Origin: Arenicellales bacterium
Lineage (GTDB): Bacteria; Pseudomonadota; Gammaproteobacteria; Arenicellales; JAHEKD01
Direction of reading: 5' to 3'
Length of the DNA stretch: 64,000 nucleotides
Assembly (NCBI GenBank): GCA_028284225.1
Contig: JANQSD010000011.1
Location: 196,333-260,332, forward strand
Shown: piece by piece, positions 31,051 through 40,218 of the stretch
Layout: each line of letters starts with the position of its first letter
Position numbering within the stretch: the stretch's first letter is position 1
Notes under the pieces: generated by a model
Databases searched by the model: none
Told to the model about the DNA's origin: nothing
What the model saw: the letters and a program-made list of their open reading frames with translations, nothing else
Made by a program: the position numbers and the translations under genes

Positions 31051-32763
31051 ATGGTTAAGCTGGGTACAAAAGTACTTCCTCATGATAACTACGCACGCTG
31101 GTGGTTTGAAAAACAAAACACTGAGCCGTCCGAAGCAGACATTGAGTTTGATTATCAGCCGCTAATTTCGATTTTAATGCCGGTTTATAATGCGCCGCCG
31201 ACAGTATTGAACAAAGCGATCAAATCGGTAACCCGGCAAACTTACCGTAACTGGGAGTTATGTATTACAGATGATTGTTCAACCAGGATGTTGACCAAAC
31301 TGTGTTTGAAATCGGTAGTGAATAAAAAAATCAAAATTCGTTTTCTTGATCAAAATTTGAATATTTCCGGTGCTTCTAATCAGGCAGCGGCGATGGCTCA
31401 GGGTGAATACCTTGGCCTTCTGGATAATGATGATGAACTGGAAGCTGACGCCTTATATCAAATAGTCAAACGAATTAATCAGACCCGGGCTGATCTACTC
31501 TACAGTGATGAAGATTTCATTGATTTAGATGGTGAATATGAATCACCCCATTTCAAGCCTGATTTTTCGCCTGATTTGCTGTTATCACATAACTATATTA
31601 CTCATTTCAGTGTGTTCAAAAAGCAGTTGTTTGAACAAGTTGGTGGTTTTCGCAGTGAATTTGATGGCGCCCAGGATTATGACTTACTGTTGCGCTTGAG
31701 TGAAATCGCTGAAAAAATAGAACATGTTCCTCATATTCTTTATCACTGGCGTCGTTCCGAGACATCAACGAGCATGAGTACCAAGGCTAAACCTTATACT
31801 CACGAACGGGGTAAGGCAGCGGTTCGATCAGCCGTTGAGCGCAGGGGCATTGAAGCTGACGTTTTTGACGGAAATGTCGTCAATTACTACAGGGTCAAAC
31901 GCAAGCTTGTTGCTAAGCCGTTAGTCAGCATTGTGATTCCGTTTAAAGACAAACCTGAGCTGCTAACACAGTGTCTTGACTCGATATTACAAAATTCGAG
32001 TTACTCAAATTTTGAAGTGATTGGTGTCAGTAATAATTCTGAGCAGTCATTGACCTACGATACTATGCAACGTTATTGTGATCTGGATACGAGAATCAAA
32101 TTTGTGGAGCATAATATCCCGTTTAATTTCTCCAGTCTGGTCAACAAAGGTGTGACTGAATCGAGTGGCGATCAGATTGTTCTGATGAATAACGATATCG
32201 AGGTGATTAATCATGACTGGATGCAGAGCTTGCTTGAACATTCACAACGTCAAGAAATTGCCGTGGTCGGGGCCAAACTCTATTTTGCTAATAATAAAAT
32301 CCAACATGCAGGCGTTGGCATTGCCTTAGGCGGCGCAGCGGGTCACTTGCATTTAAAGTTTCCGCGCCATTCAACCGGATACTACAACCGTCTTAATGTT
32401 ATTCAAAACATGAGCGCCTTAACCGGTGCGTTGATGATGGTAAAAAGATCCATATATGAGCAATTGAATGGTTTCGATGAGCAACTATTTAAAATCGCAT
32501 ACAATGATGTTGATTTCTGCCTTCGTGCTATAAAACAGGGATATCTAAATATTTTCACGCCTTTTTGCGAAGCTTATCACTATGAGTCTATTTCCAGAGG
32601 CTACGATGATAAAGGCGACAAGCTGAACCGCCTCAATCATGAAAAAGCAAATTTATGGCAAGTGCATGGCGATATGCTAAGCCATGGCGATCCTTATTAT
32701 AATCCGAACCTTGATCAGTATCGGGATGACTTTGAGTTACCTTATAAGCCGATAGTATCCTAG
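31051..32763 (+). CDS. Two-domain GT2 glycosyltransferase
   Basis: ISILMPVYN...LDNDD...GAQDYD and a second VSIVIPFKD...MNNDIE...YNDVDFC domain. Confidence 0.9.
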   Translation: MVKLGTKVLPHDNYARWWFEKQNTEPSEADIEFDYQPLISILMPVYNAPPTVLNKAIKSVTRQTYRNWELCITDDCSTRMLTKLCLKSVVNKKIKIRFLDQNLNISGASNQAAAMAQGEYLGLLDNDDELEADALYQIVKRINQTRADLLYSDEDFIDLDGEYESPHFKPDFSPDLLLSHNYITHFSVFKKQLFEQVGGFRSEFDGAQDYDLLLRLSEIAEKIEHVPHILYHWRRSETSTSMSTKAKPYTHERGKAAVRSAVERRGIEADVFDGNVVNYYRVKRKLVAKPLVSIVIPFKDKPELLTQCLDSILQNSSYSNFEVIGVSNNSEQSLTYDTMQRYCDLDTRIKFVEHNIPFNFSSLVNKGVTESSGDQIVLMNNDIEVINHDWMQSLLEHSQRQEIAVVGAKLYFANNKIQHAGVGIALGGAAGHLHLKFPRHSTGYYNRLNVIQNMSALTGALMMVKRSIYEQLNGFDEQLFKIAYNDVDFCLRAIKQGYLNIFTPFCEAYHYESISRGYDDKGDKLNRLNHEKANLWQVHGDMLSHGDPYYNPNLDQYRDDFELPYKPIVS

Positions 32764-32767
32764 GATT

Positions 32768-35323
32768 ATGATTGACCGTCTTAAGGCATTAAAGAAACTC
32801 GATCGTAAGCGTCTTGATGCAACCCTGATGCGAATTCACGGACGACCATCGTTAATGGTTTTTTTTAATCTGGTTTTATTGGGCATCAACTCCCTGGGGC
32901 GAGTCAAAAGTACAGCTAAATCTTTGTTAAGCAAAGCAGGACTCATTCAAACCGATTCACTAACCGGTGCCAGCCACCTTCAATCTTTGCCTCTCAGTTT
33001 TGAAAATAGAGTATTTAATAAAAATTTATCGGTACTGATTGTGTGTGAAACCAGCATTGAGCAGTGTTTCAGATACAGGGTTAAGCAAAAACTGGAGCTG
33101 CTGGATTCACTGGGGATTAGAAATCATTGGGTTGACTGGACTAATTACCTGGAAGTTAATAATCAAATCAATTTCTATGATGTGGTTATTTTTTACCGAG
33201 TGCCGGGTTATCCAAAAATGTTGGCAAATATTGACTATGCCAATCAGCTCGGCAAGATTGTTATTTATGATACTGACGATTTGATCTTTGATAGATCAAC
33301 GCTTGAATCTTATTACGATAAAACCACAGGCCAACTTAGCGCACGAGAACTAAAAGCCGTATTTAGAGGGGCGGACCTTTATCGAACAGCTATTGAACGT
33401 TGTGGGTTTGCCATCACGACTACTACTGCGCTTAAACAAAGTTTAGAGCAAGTCACAGGCGAAGGAACAGTCTTTATTTTGCCAAATGGTCTGGATCAAA
33501 CCACAGCAAAAGTATTAGCAAGCATCAACACAGTAAAACAGCCGGATCGGTTGATTTTATTTTATGGCAGCGGCACTAAGACGCATGATCAGGATTTTGC
33601 TTTAATCGCGCCTGCACTTGAGAAAATCCTGGCTAATCATAAAGACGTTGATTTAGTCATTGCCGGTTATTTGACCCTGCCAGATCAATTAAACAGGTTT
33701 AGCCAGCGCATAACCAAGTTAGAGTTATTGCAAGTCGAAGAATACCTGGATGTGCTGGCACATGCTGATATAAATTTGGCACCGCTGGCACCGGGTTTAT
33801 TTGCCGACTGCAAAAGCGAAATAAAATGGCTGGAAGCGGCTGCCCTAAGTATTCCAACTGTGGCTTCGGCAACTCAAGTATTTAAGCAGGCGATTTCACA
33901 CGGTGAAAATGGATTCATCGCCGGCTCGGTTGATGAGTGGTATCAATGCATCGATGAACTGGTGAGCCAGCAAGGCTTGCGATTATCCATGGGTAAGGCT
34001 GCCGGTGATGCTGCCAAAGCCCGCTATTCTATAGAGAACAACGCACAAACCTTTGTTGGGTTGCTAAGCGAAATTAAGCATCAACACTTGCAGAATTCCG
34101 GCTTCAGCCAGTTTGATCCAGGCTTGCAGCACATCGTCATCGTTAACGTATTATATCCGCCGCAAGCCATGGGCGGAGCGACAGTGGTGGCACAAAATAT
34201 TGTTGAAACGATCTGTGCCGATTATAGCGATCGCTATCATGTTTCGGTGTTCACCTGTGATGTTAATAATATTTATGCTCATCAAGTAACAGAATATGAA
34301 CATAATGGCGTCAGTGTAACAGCGGTAAGCGTGCCGGTTGGTCCGGATGTTGATTACAGGGAATATGATTCTCAAGTTGGCGCATTATTTGCGCAATTTA
34401 TCCAGTACAAGCAGCCGGATTTAATTCATTTTCATTGTATACAGCGGTTAACAGGATCAATACTTGAAGCTGCCCATGATTTGCAAGTGCCTTTTCTGGT
34501 TACGGTTCATGATGCCTGGTGGTTGTCGGATCATCAGTTTCTTGTGGACAAACAGGGCCAGCCTGTTAATGAGTTACAATCAAGTCCCATCGTGGCTGCT
34601 CAAACCAGTGATCAATTGCAGCGAACATTACAGCGGCGAAGATTGTTGACGTCTTTATTGAATAAGGCCGCCAGGGTCTTGGCTGTTTCCGATTATCAAC
34701 AGGCTTTTTATCAAAAAAATGGGGTGACGAATGTCATTATCAATAAGAACGGAGTTGATACAATTACCTTAGACTCAGGCCCTACTGAACCCACTGACAA
34801 AGTAATAATCGGCTATACAGGCAGTATTTGCCATCACAAAGGCTATTATTTTCTCAAACAAATTGTCGAAAATAATGCGTTTAAAAATATTGAGATTAAG
34901 GTTATTCAATTTAATCTTAATGAACCCAGGAATGAAGTTTGGGGGGCAACCGAGGTCGACTATTTGCCCAAGTTTGATTCAAAAAACATGGTCGATTTTT
35001 ATAGCCAGATTGATGTGTTGATTGCCCCTTCGATGTGGCCGGAGAGTTTCGGTCTGATTACCCGGGAAGCAGCATTAGTCGGCATTTGGGTCATTGCCAG
35101 TGAAGCCGGTGGGTTGGCTGAAGTGATTGAACATGGTAAAAACGGCTTTAAGTTTACAATGGGGAATGCAGATGAATTAACCGATATTCTCAGGCAAATT
35201 GATAACCATCCGCAAACGTATAAACAACGCACCGACCAGTCAACGAGCTCAAGTTTGAACATCAATACAGTTGAACAACAAGTTAAGGAACTGGTTGATA
35301 TTTATGCCCAGATTCTCAATTAA
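32768..35323 (+). CDS. Two-domain GT-B (GT4-like) glycosyltransferase
   Basis: YDTDDL, KSEIKWLEAA; second domain YPPQAMGGA, HDAWWL, PSMWPESFGL..REA. Confidence 0.88.
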   Translation: MIDRLKALKKLDRKRLDATLMRIHGRPSLMVFFNLVLLGINSLGRVKSTAKSLLSKAGLIQTDSLTGASHLQSLPLSFENRVFNKNLSVLIVCETSIEQCFRYRVKQKLELLDSLGIRNHWVDWTNYLEVNNQINFYDVVIFYRVPGYPKMLANIDYANQLGKIVIYDTDDLIFDRSTLESYYDKTTGQLSARELKAVFRGADLYRTAIERCGFAITTTTALKQSLEQVTGEGTVFILPNGLDQTTAKVLASINTVKQPDRLILFYGSGTKTHDQDFALIAPALEKILANHKDVDLVIAGYLTLPDQLNRFSQRITKLELLQVEEYLDVLAHADINLAPLAPGLFADCKSEIKWLEAAALSIPTVASATQVFKQAISHGENGFIAGSVDEWYQCIDELVSQQGLRLSMGKAAGDAAKARYSIENNAQTFVGLLSEIKHQHLQNSGFSQFDPGLQHIVIVNVLYPPQAMGGATVVAQNIVETICADYSDRYHVSVFTCDVNNIYAHQVTEYEHNGVSVTAVSVPVGPDVDYREYDSQVGALFAQFIQYKQPDLIHFHCIQRLTGSILEAAHDLQVPFLVTVHDAWWLSDHQFLVDKQGQPVNELQSSPIVAAQTSDQLQRTLQRRRLLTSLLNKAARVLAVSDYQQAFYQKNGVTNVIINKNGVDTITLDSGPTEPTDKVIIGYTGSICHHKGYYFLKQIVENNAFKNIEIKVIQFNLNEPRNEVWGATEVDYLPKFDSKNMVDFYSQIDVLIAPSMWPESFGLITREAALVGIWVIASEAGGLAEVIEHGKNGFKFTMGNADELTDILRQIDNHPQTYKQRTDQSTSSSLNINTVEQQVKELVDIYAQILN

Positions 35324-35513
35324 CCTAAGTTCGGAGATATAACTCAAAAAGCAATCATTTACCGTCATTCCGACGAGTATAACGAGCAAGAATCTGCTAC
35401 AGATAGCATAGATGTCTAAGTGTGTAGCCTATTATTAGGAGATTCTTCGGCTATCGCCTCTGAATGACTGGCTGTTTGATAAGACCCATGTCGGTGTTTT
35501 CCCGAGCTGAGGT
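35323..35513. mobile_element. IS982-ended MITE carrying a GTCATTC..GAATGAC hairpin doublet
   Basis: Ends ACCTAAGTTCGGAGA / TTTCCCGAGCTGAGGT match the IS982 remnant end; internal GTCATTC(35364)..AAGAATCT..AGATTCTT..GAATGAC(35468). Confidence 0.7.
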
Positions 35514-35625
35514 TAATTAAAAATGATTTAGCCAGACCAGAAGTTATCTCAAAATTATTAACGACTCAGGCGCATCAAGTAGCTTAAATCGATATAATCA
35601 TCGAAATATTATTTCAGGAGTTATA

Positions 35626-36567
35626 GTGAAAATTTCAATTGTGGTGCCGCTGCTTAATGAAGCGCCCAATCTTCCACCCTTATATGAAGAAATAAAACAG
35701 ACAGTTGATTCAATACCGCATGAATACGAGATTGTATTTGTTGATGACGGAAGTACCGACGAAAGCCTTAACGTATTGAAGGACATACAAGAAGCTGACC
35801 CAAATGTGGTCATTGTCGAATTCCGCCGTAATTTTGGTCAAACAGCGGGTTTAGTGGCCGGGTTTGATTATGCAACCGGTGATGTGGTGATCACCATGGA
35901 TGCTGACCGGCAGAATGACCCGGCTGATATACCGAAGTTACTGGAGAAAATAGATCAGGGATATGATTTAGTTTGTGGCTGGCGTTTTGATCGTCAGGAT
36001 ACATTTATTTCGCGTAAGCTGCCGTCCATGATCGCTAACAAGTTGATTTCAAAAACAACTGATGTGCGCTTACACGATTATGGTTGTACCCTCAAGGCAA
36101 TGCGTGCTGAAGTGGCCAAGAACATTACTCTTTATGGCGAGTTACATCGTTTTATCCCGGCTATAGCCAGTTGGATGGGAGTGAAAATTGCCGAAGTCAA
36201 AGTTAACCATCGTGCGCGAACGATGGGGACTTCAAAATATGGGATATCCAGGACCTTTAGAGTGATTCTTGACTTGATTACAGTTAAGTTTTTGCTGGAT
36301 TATGCCGGGCGGCCTATTCATTTTTTCGGCTTGCCGGGGCTGGCATTCGGCGCCATTGGCTTTTTAATTGCCCTGGTGATGACAGTGCAAAAAATGTTTG
36401 GTGTTTCCATGGGTGACAGGCCTTTACTGCTATTGGCGATATTTCTAATGATGGCAGGTTTGCAGCTAATTGTTTTTGGCCTGTTAGCCGAATTACAAAT
36501 CAGGACTTACCATGAAAGTCAGAAAAAGCCGATTTACGTCGTGAAAAATATACATGCCAAACATTGA
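35626..36567 (+). CDS. Polyprenyl-phosphate glycosyltransferase (GT2, DPM/ArnC/GtrB-like)
   Basis: VDDGSTD, RNFGQTA, TMDADRQNDPAD, GELHRFIP, two C-terminal TM helices. Confidence 0.9.
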   Translation: MKISIVVPLLNEAPNLPPLYEEIKQTVDSIPHEYEIVFVDDGSTDESLNVLKDIQEADPNVVIVEFRRNFGQTAGLVAGFDYATGDVVITMDADRQNDPADIPKLLEKIDQGYDLVCGWRFDRQDTFISRKLPSMIANKLISKTTDVRLHDYGCTLKAMRAEVAKNITLYGELHRFIPAIASWMGVKIAEVKVNHRARTMGTSKYGISRTFRVILDLITVKFLLDYAGRPIHFFGLPGLAFGAIGFLIALVMTVQKMFGVSMGDRPLLLLAIFLMMAGLQLIVFGLLAELQIRTYHESQKKPIYVVKNIHAKH

Positions 36568-37501
36568 TTCAGATAATGTTGGTAATCATAGCGTCACTGC
36601 GGTATTAGTCACATACAACCCGGATATAAATATATTAACCGCTGTTATTGACAGTTTAAAAACACAAGTCGAATCGATTATCGTTATCGACAATAACTCT
36701 AAAGTAGCCGGCGATATTGCCCGGGTTTGTGCCCGGGTTGAGTGTTCGTTGTTGCCCGCGAATATGGGTTTAGGCAAGGCTCACAATCTTGGAATTGAAT
36801 ATGCCCGTAGCCAGGGTAGTGACTATGTTTTACTGCTTGACCAGGATAGTTTGCCTGAGCCGAATATGGTGGAACAGATGTTGAAGGTCGTGGAGCAACT
36901 GAACACCACAAGCCAGCCCTTTTGTGCAATTGGTTCGCGCTATCGTAACCAGCATGATGAATTATCAGACTTTGTGAAAATCGATTGGTTTCGATTTGCA
37001 CGTACTACCTGCACTGAACAATCATATGTAAAGGCAGATTTTTTAATTTCATCCGGCAGTTTGATTCGGGTTTCGGCAGTGGATGAAATCGGCATGATGG
37101 ATGAATCACTTTTTATAGATCATGTTGATACGGAATGGTTTATGCGGGCCAAGAGTTTAGGTTATCCTGCTTATGGTTGTTGCCGCGCAATAATGCGACA
37201 TCACCTGGGTGAAAAAACAACGCGAATTTGGCTGGCGCGTTGGCGCAATGTCCCATTTCACCATGCTTTTCGGTATTACTATGTTTTTAGGAATAGCTTT
37301 TTGCTTTATCGGCGACGCTACATGCCTTTTAAATGGATGCTGGCTGACTGGGTACGTCTTGGACAGATTTTCATTTTCTTTGGCTTGTTTGCTGCCAATA
37401 GATTAAAAAATCTACAAATGATAGCCAAAGGCCTGGTCGATGGGATTAAAGGTAAATCAGGCCGCAATGATGCCCTGATTGTACCGGCACCGCCACAGTA
37501 G
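36554..37501 (+). CDS. RfbF-like rhamnosyltransferase (GT2)
   Basis: VTYNPD, LLDQDS, LISSGSL, LFIDHVDTEW, RYYYVFRN. Confidence 0.85.
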   Translation: MPNIDSDNVGNHSVTAVLVTYNPDINILTAVIDSLKTQVESIIVIDNNSKVAGDIARVCARVECSLLPANMGLGKAHNLGIEYARSQGSDYVLLLDQDSLPEPNMVEQMLKVVEQLNTTSQPFCAIGSRYRNQHDELSDFVKIDWFRFARTTCTEQSYVKADFLISSGSLIRVSAVDEIGMMDESLFIDHVDTEWFMRAKSLGYPAYGCCRAIMRHHLGEKTTRIWLARWRNVPFHHAFRYYYVFRNSFLLYRRRYMPFKWMLADWVRLGQIFIFFGLFAANRLKNLQMIAKGLVDGIKGKSGRNDALIVPAPPQ

Positions 37502-37508
37502 TTCGAGC

Positions 37509-38396
37509 ATGAATTCAGTTATAGCAATCGTCGTTAACTATAATTCCGGTCTATGGCTTGAGCGTTGTGTGGGATCGATATTAGATTCCGATTATCCGGT
37601 TGATGTATATGTGGTTGATAATGCTTCCAGTGATAGCAGCTTTAAAGACATTAAGCAATTGGCCGAGCAGCACGATAATCTTCATCTAATCGCAAATGCA
37701 GATAATCAAGGTTTTGCTAAAGCAAACAATATTGTTTTGAATACAACCACAGCCGACTATTATGTGTTGGTAAACCCGGATTGCATGGTCAATCAGAACA
37801 CTATCAGGTTTTTGGTTGAGCAAATGTCGCAGGATCAGCAAATTGGTTTGGCAGGCGTGAAAATACTTAATGAGGATGGGAGTGCGCAAAAAACCTCCAA
37901 ACGCCGATTCCCGACCCCTGAGAATACGTTTGTTAAAATTTTAGGTTTGAGTAATTTTTTCAAAAATAAAGAAAAACTGGCCGATTTTAACTACGGTGAT
38001 GAAGCCGGGACGGCCAACCAGGACAAGCAATATGTTGAAGCCATTTCCGGTGCCTTTATGATGGTCAATCATGATGCTCTAAATCAGGTCGGTGGTCTGG
38101 ATGAAGGTTATTTTATGCATTGTGAAGATCTGGATTGGTGTAAGCGTTTTTGGTTGCATGGTTACAAAGTGGCATATTTTGAACTGGCTAGTGTGACGCA
38201 TGCCAAAGGCGCCAGCAGCAAAACCAGGCCTTATCGGGTTAATTGGTACCTGCACAAAGGCATGTTGCGGTTTTATCGAAAATTCTATCGTAAGCAATAC
38301 AACAGCCTGGTTTCTGCCATGGTTTATGTCGGGATTCTCAGCCGCTATGCGGTCACAAATTTTAAAATTTTTATAGATAAGACAATTTCTCGATGA
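37509..38396 (+). CDS. WbbL-like GT2 glycosyltransferase
   Basis: VVNYNS, VDNASSD, GFAKANN, NPDC, DEGYFMHCEDLDWC. Confidence 0.85.
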   Translation: MNSVIAIVVNYNSGLWLERCVGSILDSDYPVDVYVVDNASSDSSFKDIKQLAEQHDNLHLIANADNQGFAKANNIVLNTTTADYYVLVNPDCMVNQNTIRFLVEQMSQDQQIGLAGVKILNEDGSAQKTSKRRFPTPENTFVKILGLSNFFKNKEKLADFNYGDEAGTANQDKQYVEAISGAFMMVNHDALNQVGGLDEGYFMHCEDLDWCKRFWLHGYKVAYFELASVTHAKGASSKTRPYRVNWYLHKGMLRFYRKFYRKQYNSLVSAMVYVGILSRYAVTNFKIFIDKTISR

Positions 38397-39256
38397 GCAC
38401 TGAAACTAATTCTGCGCTGGTGACAGGAGCCAGTGGGTTACTTGGAACTCAGTTAGTCAAAAAACTGGCGCAGAATAACTTCACTGTGATGGCAGTTGGA
38501 CGCCGCCAATGTCCTGCACAAATCAGTGATTATTGTCAATGGCAGCAGATTGATCTGACTCAAGCTGATTTACCTGACTTCAATACGCAAATGCTGATTC
38601 ATGCGGCACCGTTATGGTTATTACCTACGTTTCTTGCCAATCTTACTGACCAAAATCAACTTAAACGTTGTATTGCTTTTAGTTCAACCAGCGCCGAATC
38701 TAAAATAAATTCGATTGATGAACAAGATCGTAAGCTGGCAGATAAACTGTTAGCCGCAGAAACTGAGTTGCAGCGTCAATTTGAATCAAGGCTCCACTAC
38801 ACAATCTTTAGACCGACCATGATCTATGGCTATGGTAAAGATGCCAATATTTCGACGATTGCACGATTTATCAATAAATATGGCTTTTTTCCGGTGGCGG
38901 GTAGAGCAAATGGTTTACGGCAACCTGTTCATGTTGATGATTTGGTGGCAGCCACAATCAGTGTGATTAATAGCCCGCAGACTTTTTCAAAAATTTATAA
39001 TCTTACCGGTGGCGAAACCCTGACCTATAAACAAATGCTGGTTAGAATATTTAAAGCCTTGAATCGACATGATCGGGTTATCCATTTGCCCGTATGGTGT
39101 TATCGATTGTTGCTAAAATTAAGCAACTCTGAATATAGCCGTGGTGCAGCTGACCGTATGAATAAAAATCTGTCTTACAGTTCAATTGATGCCGTCAGCG
39201 ATTTTAATTATCAAGCACAGAAATTTTTGACCGAACCTAACCGAGATCTGAGTTAA
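38393..39256 (+). CDS. NAD-dependent epimerase/dehydratase family protein
   Basis: TGASGLLG, RPTMIYG, RQPVHVDDL. Confidence 0.8.
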   Translation: MSTETNSALVTGASGLLGTQLVKKLAQNNFTVMAVGRRQCPAQISDYCQWQQIDLTQADLPDFNTQMLIHAAPLWLLPTFLANLTDQNQLKRCIAFSSTSAESKINSIDEQDRKLADKLLAAETELQRQFESRLHYTIFRPTMIYGYGKDANISTIARFINKYGFFPVAGRANGLRQPVHVDDLVAATISVINSPQTFSKIYNLTGGETLTYKQMLVRIFKALNRHDRVIHLPVWCYRLLLKLSNSEYSRGAADRMNKNLSYSSIDAVSDFNYQAQKFLTEPNRDLS

Positions 39257-39258
39257 CA

Positions 39259-40185
39259 ATGCTGCAACCCATTATTGGTTTTGTGTTTATCGCAGTCTTA
39301 ACTGTATTGTTAACCGGCTGGTTCAGAAACTTGTCTATAGAAAACCATTGGCTGGATAAACCGACACATAGAGGGTCACATCACCAGGCCGTACCGCATA
39401 TCGGCGGCGTAGCAATGATGGTCACCCTTTGCTTGACCATTATTGTGTTGACGATATCCGGGAATATGTCAGGAGTTGATTCGATAGTCTGGTTAGCTAT
39501 TGTTTTAATGTTGGGTATTGTTGGTTTTATTGATGATATAAGGAATTTATCCAAGCGTTTACGTCTAGTTGCCCAAATTATTGTTGCTGTAATTGCAATT
39601 TGGTACTTTGGTGGTATTAATACACTTAATATCGGACCCATTAACCTGGAATTCTCCGGGTTTTCATATGTGTTAGGTTTTATCTGGGTGGTTGGCTTTA
39701 TTAATATGTACAATTTTATGGACGGTATTAATGGCATAGCTGGCTGTCAGGCATTGATAGCCGGTTTGATTTTGGCCGTGTGGTTGTATCATTTGCAGCA
39801 ACAGGGAGAAAGTCTGTTATTTTTAGCTGTTGCGGCGACGGCGTGCGGGTTTTTATACTGGAATTTCTCACCGGCTAAAGTCTTTATGGGGGACTCGGGC
39901 AGCACTATGCTGGGCGGCATGTTTGCGGTGATTAGCTTGCAACTTCACAATGAGTCGAATTTATCCATTATTTTCCCGGTTTTATTATTTGCCTGGTTTT
40001 TAGCTGATACCAGTATTACTTTCCTAAAACGTATGTTGCGCGGTGAAAAAGTCTGGGAGGCGCATCGGCAGCATTTTTATCAACTATTAGCCCCAAATCC
40101 CGAGGATCATACAAAAGTCACTGGCATCATTTCATTGATCAGCCTTATAATAGCGCTTATTATCACAGTGGTTGTACTGAAATGA
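39259..40185 (+). CDS. MraY/WecA/WbpL-family polyprenyl-phosphate HexNAc-1-P transferase
   Basis: RGSHHQAVP..GG, GFIDD, NMYNFMDGING, FMGDSGS, AHRQHFYQ; many TM helices. Confidence 0.9.
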   Translation: MLQPIIGFVFIAVLTVLLTGWFRNLSIENHWLDKPTHRGSHHQAVPHIGGVAMMVTLCLTIIVLTISGNMSGVDSIVWLAIVLMLGIVGFIDDIRNLSKRLRLVAQIIVAVIAIWYFGGINTLNIGPINLEFSGFSYVLGFIWVVGFINMYNFMDGINGIAGCQALIAGLILAVWLYHLQQQGESLLFLAVAATACGFLYWNFSPAKVFMGDSGSTMLGGMFAVISLQLHNESNLSIIFPVLLFAWFLADTSITFLKRMLRGEKVWEAHRQHFYQLLAPNPEDHTKVTGIISLISLIIALIITVVVLK

Positions 40186-40218
40186 ACACCATTTGGTTGA
40201 TGATGAGTCAAAAATATT

